64,000 bases of DNA, from the NCBI GenBank assembly GCA_951406725.2, contig CATOCA020000001.1:11656001-11720000 (forward strand), given 5' to 3'. This document shows, in pieces, positions 13,421-25,847 of this stretch. The notes beneath the pieces are model-generated. The model was not told the origin of the DNA. It searched no databases and saw nothing but the letters and a program-made list of their open reading frames with translations. The stretch's first letter is position 1, and each line of letters starts with the position of its first letter. This DNA is from Octopus vulgaris (Eukaryota). Both the position numbers and the translations under genes were made by a program.

Positions 13421-14278
13421 AATTATAGGTTCTTGTGTAGGAAGCTGATAATTAATTTCAATTTAAATCACCATACTGGAATGACTTCTTACCACATTAC
13501 TTCAATATAAAGAAGAAGCTTAATAGAGGACACTCAACAGAACCATATCACTTATAATCGTTAAATATCAGTGTTAATCCAGCAGACTTAAGTTTAAAGG
13601 CGTTCCAAGTGTGACGTCTCTGTCTTTTACATAGGACAACATCCTTAAATGGTCCTTTTTAAGATGACAAATTGTAGTTCTAGTGACCTGTAGCTTCTCC
13701 ACTGTCCAGTGTCCATCTGGATGTGGATCATACTTCACATGTAGGGCTTAATTGTCCGTAAGTGAATGATGTAGATGTTGAATAAGTTCTGTCTACTTTC
13801 CTTCGACCTCTTTACAAATTGTGGCTTTGATCCAGTGAAAGATATCGTCATTATGTGCCATGCATCCAGAGAGATTAAGCCAGTGTCTTCCATAATTTGT
13901 GTTGTTTACCTAACAGTTTATATTAATTAGTCAGAGCAGGTGAGGCATCACGCTAAGAAATGACTTATTTCAAGCATTAAACATGTCAAGTACACATTTT
14001 CTAGTATGAAGGACAAGCGATTAGAATTTTACAGAAAAGGATAGCAAGCTTAAGCAACCATGAGGAAACCACGAATTATTTGGGTGGTGCCTGAGAACTC
14101 TAGCCTTGTAACCGTTCTAGAAATACTGTGCTAAGAAAATGAATGTCTTATATTTTTCAGGTTTCTTCACTATTTTGTATTTCTCTATCGATATAGTTTT
14201 TTGTTATATTTATAACAACAACCTTTATATTATTGTTAATGTTTTTCCTGTAATTTCTTATTCTTCTATCTTCAACAG

Positions 14279-14484
14279 GCATATTTTTGGGGATTAAAAG
14301 TATCCAACTGGGAATTATCCGGCATGACTTTTTTGGTAATGTTCAAGAGCAGAGCTTCCAGATGCTGCTCTACTGGTCAACACATTGTGATCCGCAGGAA
14401 GTTACGGTGGATACATTGAGGGCAGCTCTTGTGGAAGCTGAATGCTTCGCTGCACTCAAATGTCTATCATTACAAGAAAAGTGA
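14279..14484 (+). CDS. Death-domain gene, duplicated terminal exon B: GIFLGIKSIQLGIIRHDFFGNVQEQSFQMLLYWS...AALVEAECFAALKCLSLQEK*
   Basis: Acceptor ttcaacag in phase 1; same 206-nt length as exon A, no indels or premature stops; 34/68 aa identical to exon A by manual alignment. Confidence 0.8.
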
Positions 14485-14739
14485 ATTGTGTAAATGTTGT
14501 TTAGTCACCAGATCAACCATGACCAAACAATGATCTATGATCAAATGTCTCCCAGCCATGACCATCCTGTCTTTATTGCTAATGTAGAAAACTCAGAACC
14601 ACATTGTCCCACTTGTCCTACCTTAAGATGATGAAGTGTGAATTTTGGTAAATTTGGTTATTATTTCTAGCAGATCTGTCAACCAAATAGAGACCACTTT
14701 ACTGGTTTGGCTCCCTTGTAACCAGAAATTACATTCTGA

Positions 14740-14745
14740 AATAAA
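14740..14745 (+). terminator. Polyadenylation signal for DD exon B
   Basis: AATAAA ~256 nt after the stop, followed by (tgt)n; homologous to 6590-6595. Confidence 0.6.
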
Positions 14746-14896
14746 TATAAACTTTGAAATGTTCAATTGTTGTTGTTGTTATTGTTGTGCATAGAATCAC
14801 CTCCCTAAACAATTCCATTGCTTTACAGAGTATTTTAATAACATCTGGTATATTGATAGATATCCTTAGCCTTGAATAGAATGTCTGGTATATATG

Positions 14897-14962
<66 letters not shown>

Positions 14963-14963
<1 letters not shown>

Positions 14964-15121
14964 AGGAGTGGCTGTGTGGTAAGTAGCTTGCTTAGCAACC
15001 ACATGGTTCCGGGTTCAGTCCCACTGCGTCGCACCTTGGGTAAGTGTCTTTTACTATAGCCTCGAGCCACCCAAAGCCTTGTGAGTGGATTTGGTAAACG
15101 GAAAGTGAAAGAAGCCCATCG

Positions 15122-15157
<36 letters not shown>

Positions 15158-15399
15158 AGTGTGTGTGTGTGTGTGCGTGTGTGTATGTTTGTGTGTCTGT
15201 ATCTGTCGCCCCAACATTGCTTGACAAGCGATGCTGGTGTGTTTACGCTCCCGAAACTTAGCGGTTCGGCATAAGAGATCGATAGAATAAGTACTAGGCT
15301 TACAAAAAAATAAGTCCTGGCGTCGATTTGTTCGTCTAAAGGCTCTGCTCCAACATGGCCACAGTCAAATGGCTGAAACAAGTAAAAAAGATTAAAAGA
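14963..15399 (+). mobile_element. Octopus-type tRNA-derived SINE with internal (TA)/(TG) microsatellite
   Basis: GGAGTGGCTGTGTGGTAAGTAGCTTGC...GGTTCAGTCCC head; ends GAAACAAGTAAAA; homologous to 19335 and 36785. Confidence 0.9.
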
Positions 15400-15402
15400 G
15401 TA

Positions 15403-15481
<79 letters not shown>

Positions 15482-15500
15482 ATATCTATCTATCTATCTA

Positions 15501-15577
<77 letters not shown>

Positions 15578-15589
15578 ATGTCTTTTTTA

Positions 15590-16265
15590 TCTCTATATAT
15601 AAAAGTAAAATGGGCGAATGTTACATGTTTGCGTGTTTCATTTAGTGGTTATGCAGGTTTCAATGGCAGTAGGCGTGCTCGGAATTCGGCGTAAATTTAC
15701 AGGGACATGTACAATGAGGCGAGAAAGCGACTTGACTAGGTTAGAAATCTCCATCACAAAAGCTGTGGTTACTAGGGCAACAAAACCCAGACTTTGACAA
15801 GTGTTTGTCGTTTCTCACTTGCGGTTACCAACTTGTCTTCCTCGATCTCTCGCTTTCATAACTTCCCTCCACTTTCTTTCTATATCAACGTTCGACAGCT
15901 TCCACTTTCTTTACCTCTCCGCCTTCGCCATCTCTGTATCACTCTTCCTCCCATCACCCCTCTCTCTCTCTGTACATCAGTCTGTATCTAAGGAAGGAAA
16001 CCGTTGACAGCCGAAAAGTTTAAATATTCCCGCCTCAGGTCTTTTGCAACGGTGGATTCTTATCGCCCACCACCCCTGCATAGTCGTGATAACAGATATT
16101 GATCAGATATTTATTGTGTTAATTTCTATATGTGTATATATATATATATGTGTGTGTGTCTGTGTGTGTATAATGTCTATATATAATGTACATATATATA
16201 TATTTTATATACAAATATTTAATGTATGTATATATATATATAAAGTGTAAATATCTATATCTATC

Positions 16266-16306
<41 letters not shown>

Positions 16307-16387
16307 ATGTTTATATATATATAAAATGTGATTACATATGTATACATAATGCGTATATATATTTAGTATATATATTTAATGCGTATG

Positions 16388-16431
<44 letters not shown>

Positions 16432-17780
16432 CATATAATGAGTGCATATGTGGTCGGATTGAGTTGAAAATATGCACAACTCTGTTAAAAGTGCTGGCTA
16501 GTTTGCATGGCAACTTTGAGTTTGCTCAATTGAAAGGCGTGACCTCTAGGGCAAAAGTATTCATCTTTTAAAAAAGTGGCCCGCGTAGACCCGAATGAAA
16601 TCGGGTTATAATACTTAAGCAAGTAAAATAATAATATACTATTTTAATCCCGAGCAAGGCCGGGTATCTCTGGTATTCTAATATATATTTGTGAAAAGGG
16701 CGGACGTTGTCTCACATAACAATTGTGCAGGCAAAATTGTTAGTAAATGTAGTCAGATTGTGCTGAAATTTTGCACACCTGTTGAAATCCTCAACAGCCA
16801 ACTACCTCCCGGAATTCCACCTCATGACTTTAGACTGAAGATTGGTGTTCCAGTTATGCTGCTAAGAAACGTGGAACCACCAGAACTATGCAACGGTACG
16901 CGTCTGATCATCAAAAACATGGGACCTTAATTCTGACGACAATCATTCTGAGCGGACCATCTGCTGGCGTAACAAAGTTATTAAGCCCCATGAGCCTTAG
17001 TCCCTCGGCGGTGCCATTTGAATTTACGCGACGGCAGTTTCCCGTCAATGAGCATCTACAAGGCACGGAGACAGTCGTTACAAGTAGTTGGCCTAAATCT
17101 GACACAGCAGTTATTTATCCACGGTCACCTATACGTCGGATGCTCCCGTGTCGGCAGTCCACACAATCTCTTCATTTCTGGTAATCCGGGCAACACCAGG
17201 AACGTTGTCTACAAAGAAGCCCTGCAAGAACACTTTTGAATCTTCCGCCATGACTCTCCCGTCGCTGGGGTCATTGTAACTTTCTCAAATTTTTAGCCCA
17301 ACTGCATCCACCGTCTTCATGTTGCTGGCCGCATCTGCAAACTGACCACCTCTGCCACCAGTCAAACTCCCGACCCATGGGTTCACGTCCCGACACTGAT
17401 TCCGCAAAATTAGGTTGGGTGTGACTACATATTGTATCCAAAACATTGCAAGTGCAGTCGTATTATACTATTTCAGTTTTGTGCAGAGACCAGACTGGTG
17501 TTTTGTATTTTTCCAGCATTTTCCCGTCATTCTTTGCCCTTCACATCTGCATCCGCGAGGTTTCTTCAATCACTTCTCAAAGTCTGTTTAAACATTTGGC
17601 ATTCTTTTTTACATTACCAATTTCTAATAAAAGTTTTTTTTTTTGGTGGGTGGGAATTCCTCATCCTTAAAATGTGGCCCGAGTAGACCCGAATGAAATC
17701 GGGTCATAATACCGAAACAAGTAAAACAATTAAAAAAACTGCTATTTTAACCCCGAGCAAAGCTGGTTTTCTCTGCTAGT
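15590..17780 (+). mobile_element. Composite Helitron remnant with Pif1-helicase fragment and two 3' ends
   Basis: 5' [65 protein letters not shown] at 16770-17239. Duplicated 3' hairpin modules at 16577-16680 and 17675-17780, the last ending CTAG-t. Confidence 0.85.
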
Positions 17781-18739
17781 GTATCATATAGGAATAGTAT
17801 TTCTATGTAATATATGATGTGTCTATGGATGTTTCTATTTGTTCTGTAGTGATTTAAGGCAGGTTTTCCCAATGTGGCAATGGTTGCATGTTCTTTATTT
17901 TATATTCTACCAATATGATCATTGTTACTCAATAGTTATTTTAGATTTTAAGCAAAACGTCAAACTTTACCATTGTACATATAAAAAATAATCCATAAAT
18001 TTAAAATTTGAAAATTTAGTGAAACGCAACTCGTAAGTATTGTCCAATTGTTATTGGATTCTTACGTGATACGAGTGAACAGACCTGATTATTTTGAAAT
18101 TTAACATAAAATTATTTAAATTACTTCAAATTTATTTCAGAAATTGATAAGCAATTACTATTAGAAATTATTGGTTTAGAAACAAATTATATGGTATCAT
18201 CCTTTATATAAAATAATTTTGAATAAATTGCTGACATATCTTACTAATTTTTAGCTCCAAAAACCTGGAATGAACTAATATTCAAAGATTATATGTGATG
18301 TAAAAACACAACAAAAATATAATAAACATGATCTTTCTTCCTGAAAGTTGTACAAAACAATAAGTCACTGATTATGTAAACTAAGAGGAACATATTCAAA
18401 TTTAAATTTAATTTGTAACAATAGACTTATTTATAAAAACGACGTTTTGAAAAACAGAGAAAAGAGAACTCTATCACTGACTCTCTGAAACCAAAAGGAT
18501 AACTTTCAAATGTGATGACTCAGAATCAGTTCCTTTATTGAGTGAGATCTTCATCTTGTTCTGCTCAAAGACGGTGACAGTAATTAGCATATTGTAATTA
18601 AAGACAAAATATATTCTCTATAGAAAAATGGCCAAATCTATCGAGGAATAAAACTGCAGAAAGTAACGACGATGATATAACTGAGGAGAGTGAAGAACTT
18701 GAAAGAGTGTCATGAATTCAGAAATAAGTAATTCTTTCA

Positions 18740-20260
18740 GAACGAGCAAAGACGAAATATAATGGATTTACTTTTACTTTGGACAAATATTGAAAGAATT
18801 CCGGTCAGCTTTATTTGTAAGAATTGTTTGGTGTCTGAAAATATGAAGCCCACAAAAATTTAAAACGTTTTGATTCAAGACATTCCTTTATAATAATAAG
18901 ACTATAGAATTGTTTTGAAAGGCTATCAGTACACAGAAGCAATCTCTTGAGCAAGTTATTCACTCAATAGACAGAGTGAAATACTTAAGGGCATCTTTTG
19001 AAGCTGTTTATTTAATTGCAAGAGATAAAAGAAACCCCAAACAACATCGGCGAAGAACTTGTATTAGCAGCAGCAATGAAAACATCAGGAATTATTCATT
19101 GAAATAACATGCAGATGAATCAAAGTTCGTCTGCGAAATGATAATGTTGGTATTTGTATTTCAGAAATGAATAATGATTAATTGGAGTAAATTATGCGAA
19201 GGTTTTTAAACAACGTCTCTAAACATGCAATTCAATTAGATGAAGCAAGTAAAATTACAAACTATAGTAATATAGAATAGGGTCCAGGAAGATTGGTTCG
19301 TTAGATGGGGACTTTGTAGCTAAAAGTAGACGATAGGCGCAGGAGTGGCTGTGTGGTAAGTAGCTTGCTTACCAACCACATGGTTCCGGGTTCAGTCCCA
19401 CTGCGTGGCATCTTGGGCAAGTGTCTTCTGCTATAGCCCCGGGCCGACCAATGCCTTGTGAGTGGATTTGGTAGACGGAAACAGAGAGAAGCCTGTCGTA
19501 TATATGTATATATATATGTGTGTGCATATGTTTGTGTGTCTGTGTTTGTCCCCCTAGCATTGCTTGACAACCGATGCTGGTGTGTTTATGTCCCCGTCAC
19601 TTAGCGGTTCGGCAAAAGAGACCGATAGAATAAGTACTGGGTTTATAAAAGAATAAGTCCCGGGGTCGAGTTCCTCGATTAAAGGCGGTGCTCCAGCATG
19701 GCCGCAGTCAAATGACTGAAACAAGTAAAGGAGAGATAGAACTAGGCCTTGGATGGTATAAATGTAATGTAGTATGTAATAAAGATGCAGAAGCTATGAT
19801 AAGGAGGGAAATTGGGGTTCAAGTTAAATTTGTAAGATAAAAACCCTATTTCTGTCACTTATTGCAATCTTCACTGAGAGGTGTTTGTTTCTCAGAAAAT
19901 ATTTCCAGATACTTTTGCAATATTACAAGAAGCGGTTAAAATTATTAACGTTATTAAAATTCTTGTTCTCAATAGTTTCCTCTTCTGTGAGAAAATGGCA
20001 TCCAATTTCAGCAAAGTTTTATGAAGAACAGAAGTGTGATGAATCTGAAATGGAGAAGCTTTGAAACAATTGTTAGAACTTTAAGAAAATGAAGACATAA
20101 TATTCCTGCTGGGATTAAATTCAGATTTGTTCCACAATGAAGATTCGTTATACAAATTATTCTATTTGTCAGACATTTTTGGACAACTTAATAAACGTAA
20201 TATGTCTGTACAAAAGGGAAAAACACTGAAATTTCTTATTTAAATAAAAGATTCAAGAAA
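18740..20260 (+). mobile_element. Highly degenerate hAT (Buster/Charlie-like) transposase remnant, interrupted by a SINE
   Basis: C..CLVSENMKP, ASFEAVYLIA..K, IGEELVL, AIQLDE and C.LH-like motifs in broken frames. Confidence 0.65.
19335..19735 (+). mobile_element. Octopus-type tRNA-derived SINE
   Basis: Homologous to 14963-15399. Confidence 0.9.
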
Positions 20261-20279
20261 AATGAAACACATGGTTGAT

Positions 20280-20579
20280 CGTAAAGACAGATGCCACTTC
20301 CCCGCAGCTGAATTTCGTCGAGATACCTGTGCATCTGTCTCAATCTTCCACCACCGACCAGATATTTCTGCCGTCGACCTACATGCTGTTAACAATGGGA
20401 ACCGGCTTCTTACACATTTTAAGCCGTTGATGCTTCAAGGAGTCGAGGCTTAGGGTACATGTCAGCTGCAGATGGACAGCTACTTTCTCTGTCATTGTCG
20501 GTCTTAGGTCAGGTGAGGATGATTCTGATGGTTGGGTAGGGCTGCAACATAACACCCAGAGAGAAAGAAAGAAAGAATT

Positions 20580-20618
<39 letters not shown>

Positions 20619-21073
20619 GTTAGTGAGGAAAAGAGACGACTCAGATGGTGCTTGGATTTGACGGTAATGTCCCACCGACACGCACAGATGCGGGAGAGGA
20701 CAGCCGAGAAGCTTTCCGACTGGAACAGCGATTTCCAGCAAAAGACCCGTGTTGGGAAGGCAGCCATTCTCACAGATGTGTGCGACGCACCGAATTTGTT
20801 TCCTCATAACTCCCCGACAAACAACATTATTTAATTAAATTTTCTGTAAATACGCTTCAGATGGTGATCATTCTGATTATATCGGAATTTGTAGCGAAAC
20901 AAATTTGTCTGTGGGCGGAAAGATGAGTTTCGTAAAATTCACACGAATTGTCTGTGTTTGCTCAGAACTTTAACAAAAAATGGGTTATTTTCTAAGGTAA
21001 TTTTCTACAAATACGTTACAGTGTGTGTAAAATGCGATTATATTGGAATTTAATGTGGAAAGAAAAACTATTG

Positions 21074-21134
<61 letters not shown>

Positions 21135-21900
21135 ACGCACATCACAATTTTCTTCCAAATTTCAAGTTTCCTTTTGTCGATATGTGACCTGTTGTACTAT
21201 GTATGTGTAATAATCCACCAAATTAATTTTCTCATATTCATTTCCGATATAATTCTAATCGACACACTCCGAAAGGCATTTATAGAAAATTCCATTAAAA
21301 ATTTACTATTTTTCTGAAATTTGTGAAGAAAGCCAGACGCCTTGTGTGAATTTTCCAAAACTCCTCACATCGAAGAAGGAAAAATGTTTTCATCAAATAT
21401 TCCGATATAATCGCAATTTACAGCATCAGAAGCTCAGTTTTAGAAAATATAATTTAAAATCTCCATTTTCTGGAAGCTCTGAGGCAGGAAATTCGGGTGT
21501 CAAACATCTGAAGCAATACCGAAAGGCATTTAATATCTTCACACTGAACTCCTTCATAACCGTCGAGATGCGTCAATTTCCGTCGATTTCCGTTCTCGTA
21601 GCTGTTTCCCCGCAACACAGCTCCGTCACACATCCATGAGACCGGCCTGCGATGAGTAAAAACAGTGTGTCGAGATGTTTCGGTGGTAGAGGCGTCGTCA
21701 CTATGAGCTGAATTGTTCTCCGTTAGATGGCATTCACTTGTTTCCTGTTCTATTCTCATCACTTCCGGTCTGATCCCTTTCCTTCTCGAAGTTTACTTTC
21801 ACATTTTTGCAGCTTAAAATAGGACGACAACCAGTGCACGGCTGCACTAAACTGCACTTTCATTGCATATTCTTGCTCCCTTCTCTTTGTAGTGGACAGT
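20280..21900. repeat. Unclassified repeat, probably a non-autonomous DNA element, with inverted subrepeats around a (CA)n tract
   Basis: gattatatcggaa / gattatattggaa at ~20876 and ~21038 versus ttccgatataat at ~21242 and ~21400. Confidence 0.4.
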
Positions 21901-22749
21901 CAATGGCTAATCTTTGCAGTTATCTGACCAAATGCCAATTATAAAATAGAAACTATTAGATTGAGGGAAATGTCCGTGCGTCGTGTTAAAATAATGATTT
22001 TTTATGCAAGAATTTATTCAAAAGCAACAAATATTCTTCAAAATAAAGACCAAACGCACGAACTTTTTCCTCAACTTAATAAATAAATTTTGAAGCAATT
22101 AAAGAAATCAGAGGTTTCATTTAGTATGCGATGTTTGGCTGCTATTTCTAGCAGCTGCATCCACAATAGGTGCAGGGTGCAGTGTGAAGATTACGAGGAG
22201 GAAATTAAGGGCTAAGAATTGCAATATTAAACCCTTCGATCTATTATTTACATTAAATCATTTTTGGAAATCTTCAAATTCTGCGCAAGAAAAAAATAGA
22301 ATTTAAAGCGAAAAGGGATTCAATAAGAGTTATTGTTCTTACCCTTTCAACGTTGACTCCTCCCACCACTTTGCATAATGTAGACTGACTCCGCCCATTT
22401 TGCTTTCTTTATTAACTCATACCCTTCCCCTATTACTAAATATATATCGTCCAATAAGCGCGCTCTCCCTCTTTGTCTCTTTCTCTTCGCCTCCCTCTCC
22501 CACCTCCTCATATATTACCCAATGCTTCCCCCTCCCTTGCTTTTACTCTTAATTCCCTCTGTCTGTACCTCACTGAACCCTTAATGCATTTTCATACTCT
22601 TTCTCCCTCCCCTACAAAACATATCCTCCCACTTCTCCCTCTTTGTCTCCTTTCTCTCAGAACCTCATTATATATTCATTTTAATCACCGCCCACCTCCC
22701 TTGCAAAAGCGTTCACCTCTTCCTCTCCCTCACTAACTGTATATCTGTC

Positions 22750-23055
22750 TCTCTCTCTCTCTCTCTCTCTCTCACGCATTCTGTCTCTCTCTCTCTCTCC
22801 CACTCTCTCTCCCACTCTCTCTCCCACTCTCTGCTTCCTCATACATTAATATATCCCTCCCCTTCCCTAAGGGTTTCTCTCTCTCACTCTTTCTTCCTTT
22901 CTCTCTCTCTCTCTCTCTCACGCATTCTGTCTCTCTCTCTCTCCCACTCTCATTCTTTCTCTGCTTCCTCATACATTAATATATCCCTCCCCTTCCCTAG
23001 GCTTTCTCTCTCTCACTCTTTCTTCCTTTCTTTCTCTCTCTCTCTCTCTCTCTCA

Positions 23056-23105
<50 letters not shown>

Positions 23106-23835
23106 CTTTCTCTGCTTCCTCATACATTAATATATCCCTCCCCTTCCCTAGGGTTTCTCTCTCTCACTCTTTCTTCCTTTCTTTCTCTCTCTCTCTCACG
23201 CATTCTGTCTCTCTCTCTCTCCCACTCTCATTCTTTCTCTGCTTCCTCATACATTAATATATCCCTCCCCTTCCCTAGGGTTTCTCTCTCTCACTCTTTC
23301 TTCCTTTCTTTCTCTCTCTCTCTCTCTCACGCTTTCTGTCTCTCTCTCTCTCCCACTCTCACTCTCTCTGCTTCCTCATACATTAATATATCCCTCCCCT
23401 TCCCTAGGGTTTCTCTCTCTCACTCTTTCTTCCTTTCTTTCTCTCTCTCTCTCTCACGCATTCTGTCTCTCTCTCTCCCACTCCCACTCCCCCTCTCTGC
23501 TTCCTCATACATTAATATATCCCTCCCCTTCCCTAGGGTTTCACTCTCTCACTCTTTCTTCCTTTCTCTCTCTCTCTCTCTCATTCTGTCTCTCTCTCTC
23601 TCCCCACTCTCACTCCCCCTCTCTGCTTCATCATACCTTAATATATCCCTCCCCTTCCCTAGGGTTTCTCTCTCTCACTCTTTCTTCCTTTCTTTCTCTC
23701 TCTCTCTCTCTCACACATTCTGTCTCTCTCTCTCTCTCACTCTCACTCCCTCTCTGCTTCTTCATACATTAATATATCCCTCCCCTTCCCAAGGGTTTCT
23801 CTCTCTCACTCTTTCTTCCTTTCTTTCTCTCTCTA
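22750..23835 (+). repeat. CT-rich minisatellite, ~125-130 bp unit, ~8 copies
   Basis: Recurrent ctctgcttcctcatacattaatatatccctccccttccctagggtttc. Confidence 0.95.
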
Positions 23836-24104
23836 TCTCCCCCACCTCCTTATATCTTACCCTCTCCCTCTTCCTCTCCTTTTATCCCTAAGAAACCTTA
23901 CTTTCTTACAAATAAATTATATTTTCAGATTTACCTTCAAATTTCTCTCTCGCTAATTATTTTACCAGAAGCTAATTATTTAACTAAACATTAATTACAT
24001 AATTACTGTGTAGTTCTTAATTGAGCAAATTAAATAGCCGAGACATTGACGGACAATTTAAGAAGCATTTATTCAAAGAATCCTCCTACACCTGGTTTGA
24101 CATC

Positions 24105-24770
24105 ATGCTAGAAATAACAGCCCACTACACTCAAAGTTGCTTTGTTTTTCATACGAAATTGAAAGACAATTTAAGAAGCATTTATAAAACTTTTTCCCGG
24201 ATCTGGTCAGACTTCTTCCTCGAATGAGAAACCAAGTGAAGAAGCGTCTATAAAACGTATTGGTGGTCTGTTATTTGCTAGAAATAACTTTGCTTTGTTT
24301 TTCATACGAAATTGAACAATTTAAGCATTTATAAACTTTCCGATCTGGTCAGATTCTTCCTCGAATGAGAAACCAAGTGAAGAAGCGTCTATACGTATTG
24401 GTGGTCTGTTTTTGCTAGAAACCCCACATCAAAGTTGCTTTGTTTTTCATACGAAATTGAAAGACAATTTAAGAAGCATTTATAAATCTTTTTCCCGGAT
24501 CTGGTCAGACTTCTTCCTCGAATGAGAAACCAAGTGAAGAAGCGTCTATAAAACGTATTGGTGGTCTGGTGTCTTGCTAGAAATAACAGCCCTCTACACT
24601 CAAAGTTGCTTTGTTTTTCATCGAAATTGAAAGACAATTTAAGAAGCATTTATAAAACTTTTCCCGGATCTGGTCAGACTTCTTCCTCGAATGAGAAACC
24701 AAGTGAAGAAGCGTCTATAAAACGTATTGGTGGTCTGGTATCTTGCTAGAAATAACAGCCCATTACACTA
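24105..24770 (+). repeat. Tandem repeat, ~140-170 bp unit, ~4 copies
   Basis: Repeats of gctagaaataac...gatctggtcagacttcttcctcgaatgagaaaccaagtgaagaagcgtctata. Confidence 0.95.
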
Positions 24771-24904
24771 TACTTTACATGAAGGACACTTTAGAAGCTT
24801 CTGGAGAAATATAGTCCAATTGGGGATCAAATGTGATGCTAGAAATAACAGCCAAGTATGTTAAAGTTTGGTTTTGTGTTTCATATGAAAATGAAGGACA
24901 CTTC

Positions 24905-25721
24905 AAAACTCTTCTCTCTCCTTCCTCATTCTGTATTAATACCTCATCCTTCCCCTCTTCCTTTCTTATCACACACATCATTCCACTCCCTCTCTCTATC
25001 CACACATCATTCCCTCTCCTTCTTACTACCTCTCCTCTGTCACTTATTTATGTTATTGTTTAACCCCCCTCCTTCATCCCTCGTTTTCTCTCAACTCTTA
25101 CTCTCCCTCCCTCACAAAGCATATATCTCATACATCATCTCTGTTTCCTTCCCCCTCCCTTACTTTTTGTCTCTCTCCCTCCCTCTTTACCACCTCATAT
25201 CTCATACTATCCCTCTACCTCTTTTGCGCTCCGCCCCACGTCACACTCTCCCTCTCTTTCTAAACCTATGTATCATTCTCTCTCTCCCCTCCTTATATAA
25301 TATCTCTCATTCTCTTACCTCATTCTTTCCCTCCCTTTCTCCTCCCTTTCCATCTCCCTCTCTTTCTCTATGTCTGTCTTTCTCTCTCTTTGCTCTCTTG
25401 ATTTCTCTATTTCAGTCTCTCTCTTTCTCCCTCTCGCTTCTTATGTCTCTCTCTCTGTCTCCGTGTCTCTGTTTGTCTGTCTCTCTCTTTCTCCCTTTCT
25501 CCCTCTCCCTCTCTCTAATACCTTATGTATATATTAATGCTCCGCCTTTTTACTCTTTCTCTCTCATCTCATACTCCTCCTCTTTTCTTAACATTTATTT
25601 CTCTAATCCCTCCTCCTTCCTCCTTCTCTCTCCTCCTCTCCCTCTTTCTTCTCATCATTTTTACAGAATTACGTCGCCTTCCTCTCTATCTCTCTCTCAT
25701 TCTTTCTTTCTTTCTTTCTTT

Positions 25722-25769
<48 letters not shown>

Positions 25770-25812
25770 TTTTTTTCTTTCTTTCTTTCTTTCTTTTTCT
25801 TTCTTTTTCTTT

Positions 25813-25847
<35 letters not shown>

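Larger units (their letters stand above)
3550..18198 (+). repeat. Tandem segmental duplication: unit 1 ~3550-10180, unit 2 ~12410-18198
   Basis: Collinear homologous blocks: 3554-3817/12412-12687, 5095-5490/13600-13985, 5960-6760/14120-14890, 9490-9630/17785-17920, 9985-10180/18010-18198. Confidence 0.9.

Noticed and set aside
14963-15030. tRNA genes at SINE heads (also 9410-9482, 19335, 34140, 29200)
   Set aside because: tRNA-derived heads continuous with repeat bodies; no complete cloverleaf seen
24105-24770. Regularly spaced repeats as a CRISPR array
   Set aside because: Whole units repeat with no unique spacers; eukaryotic context and no cas genes
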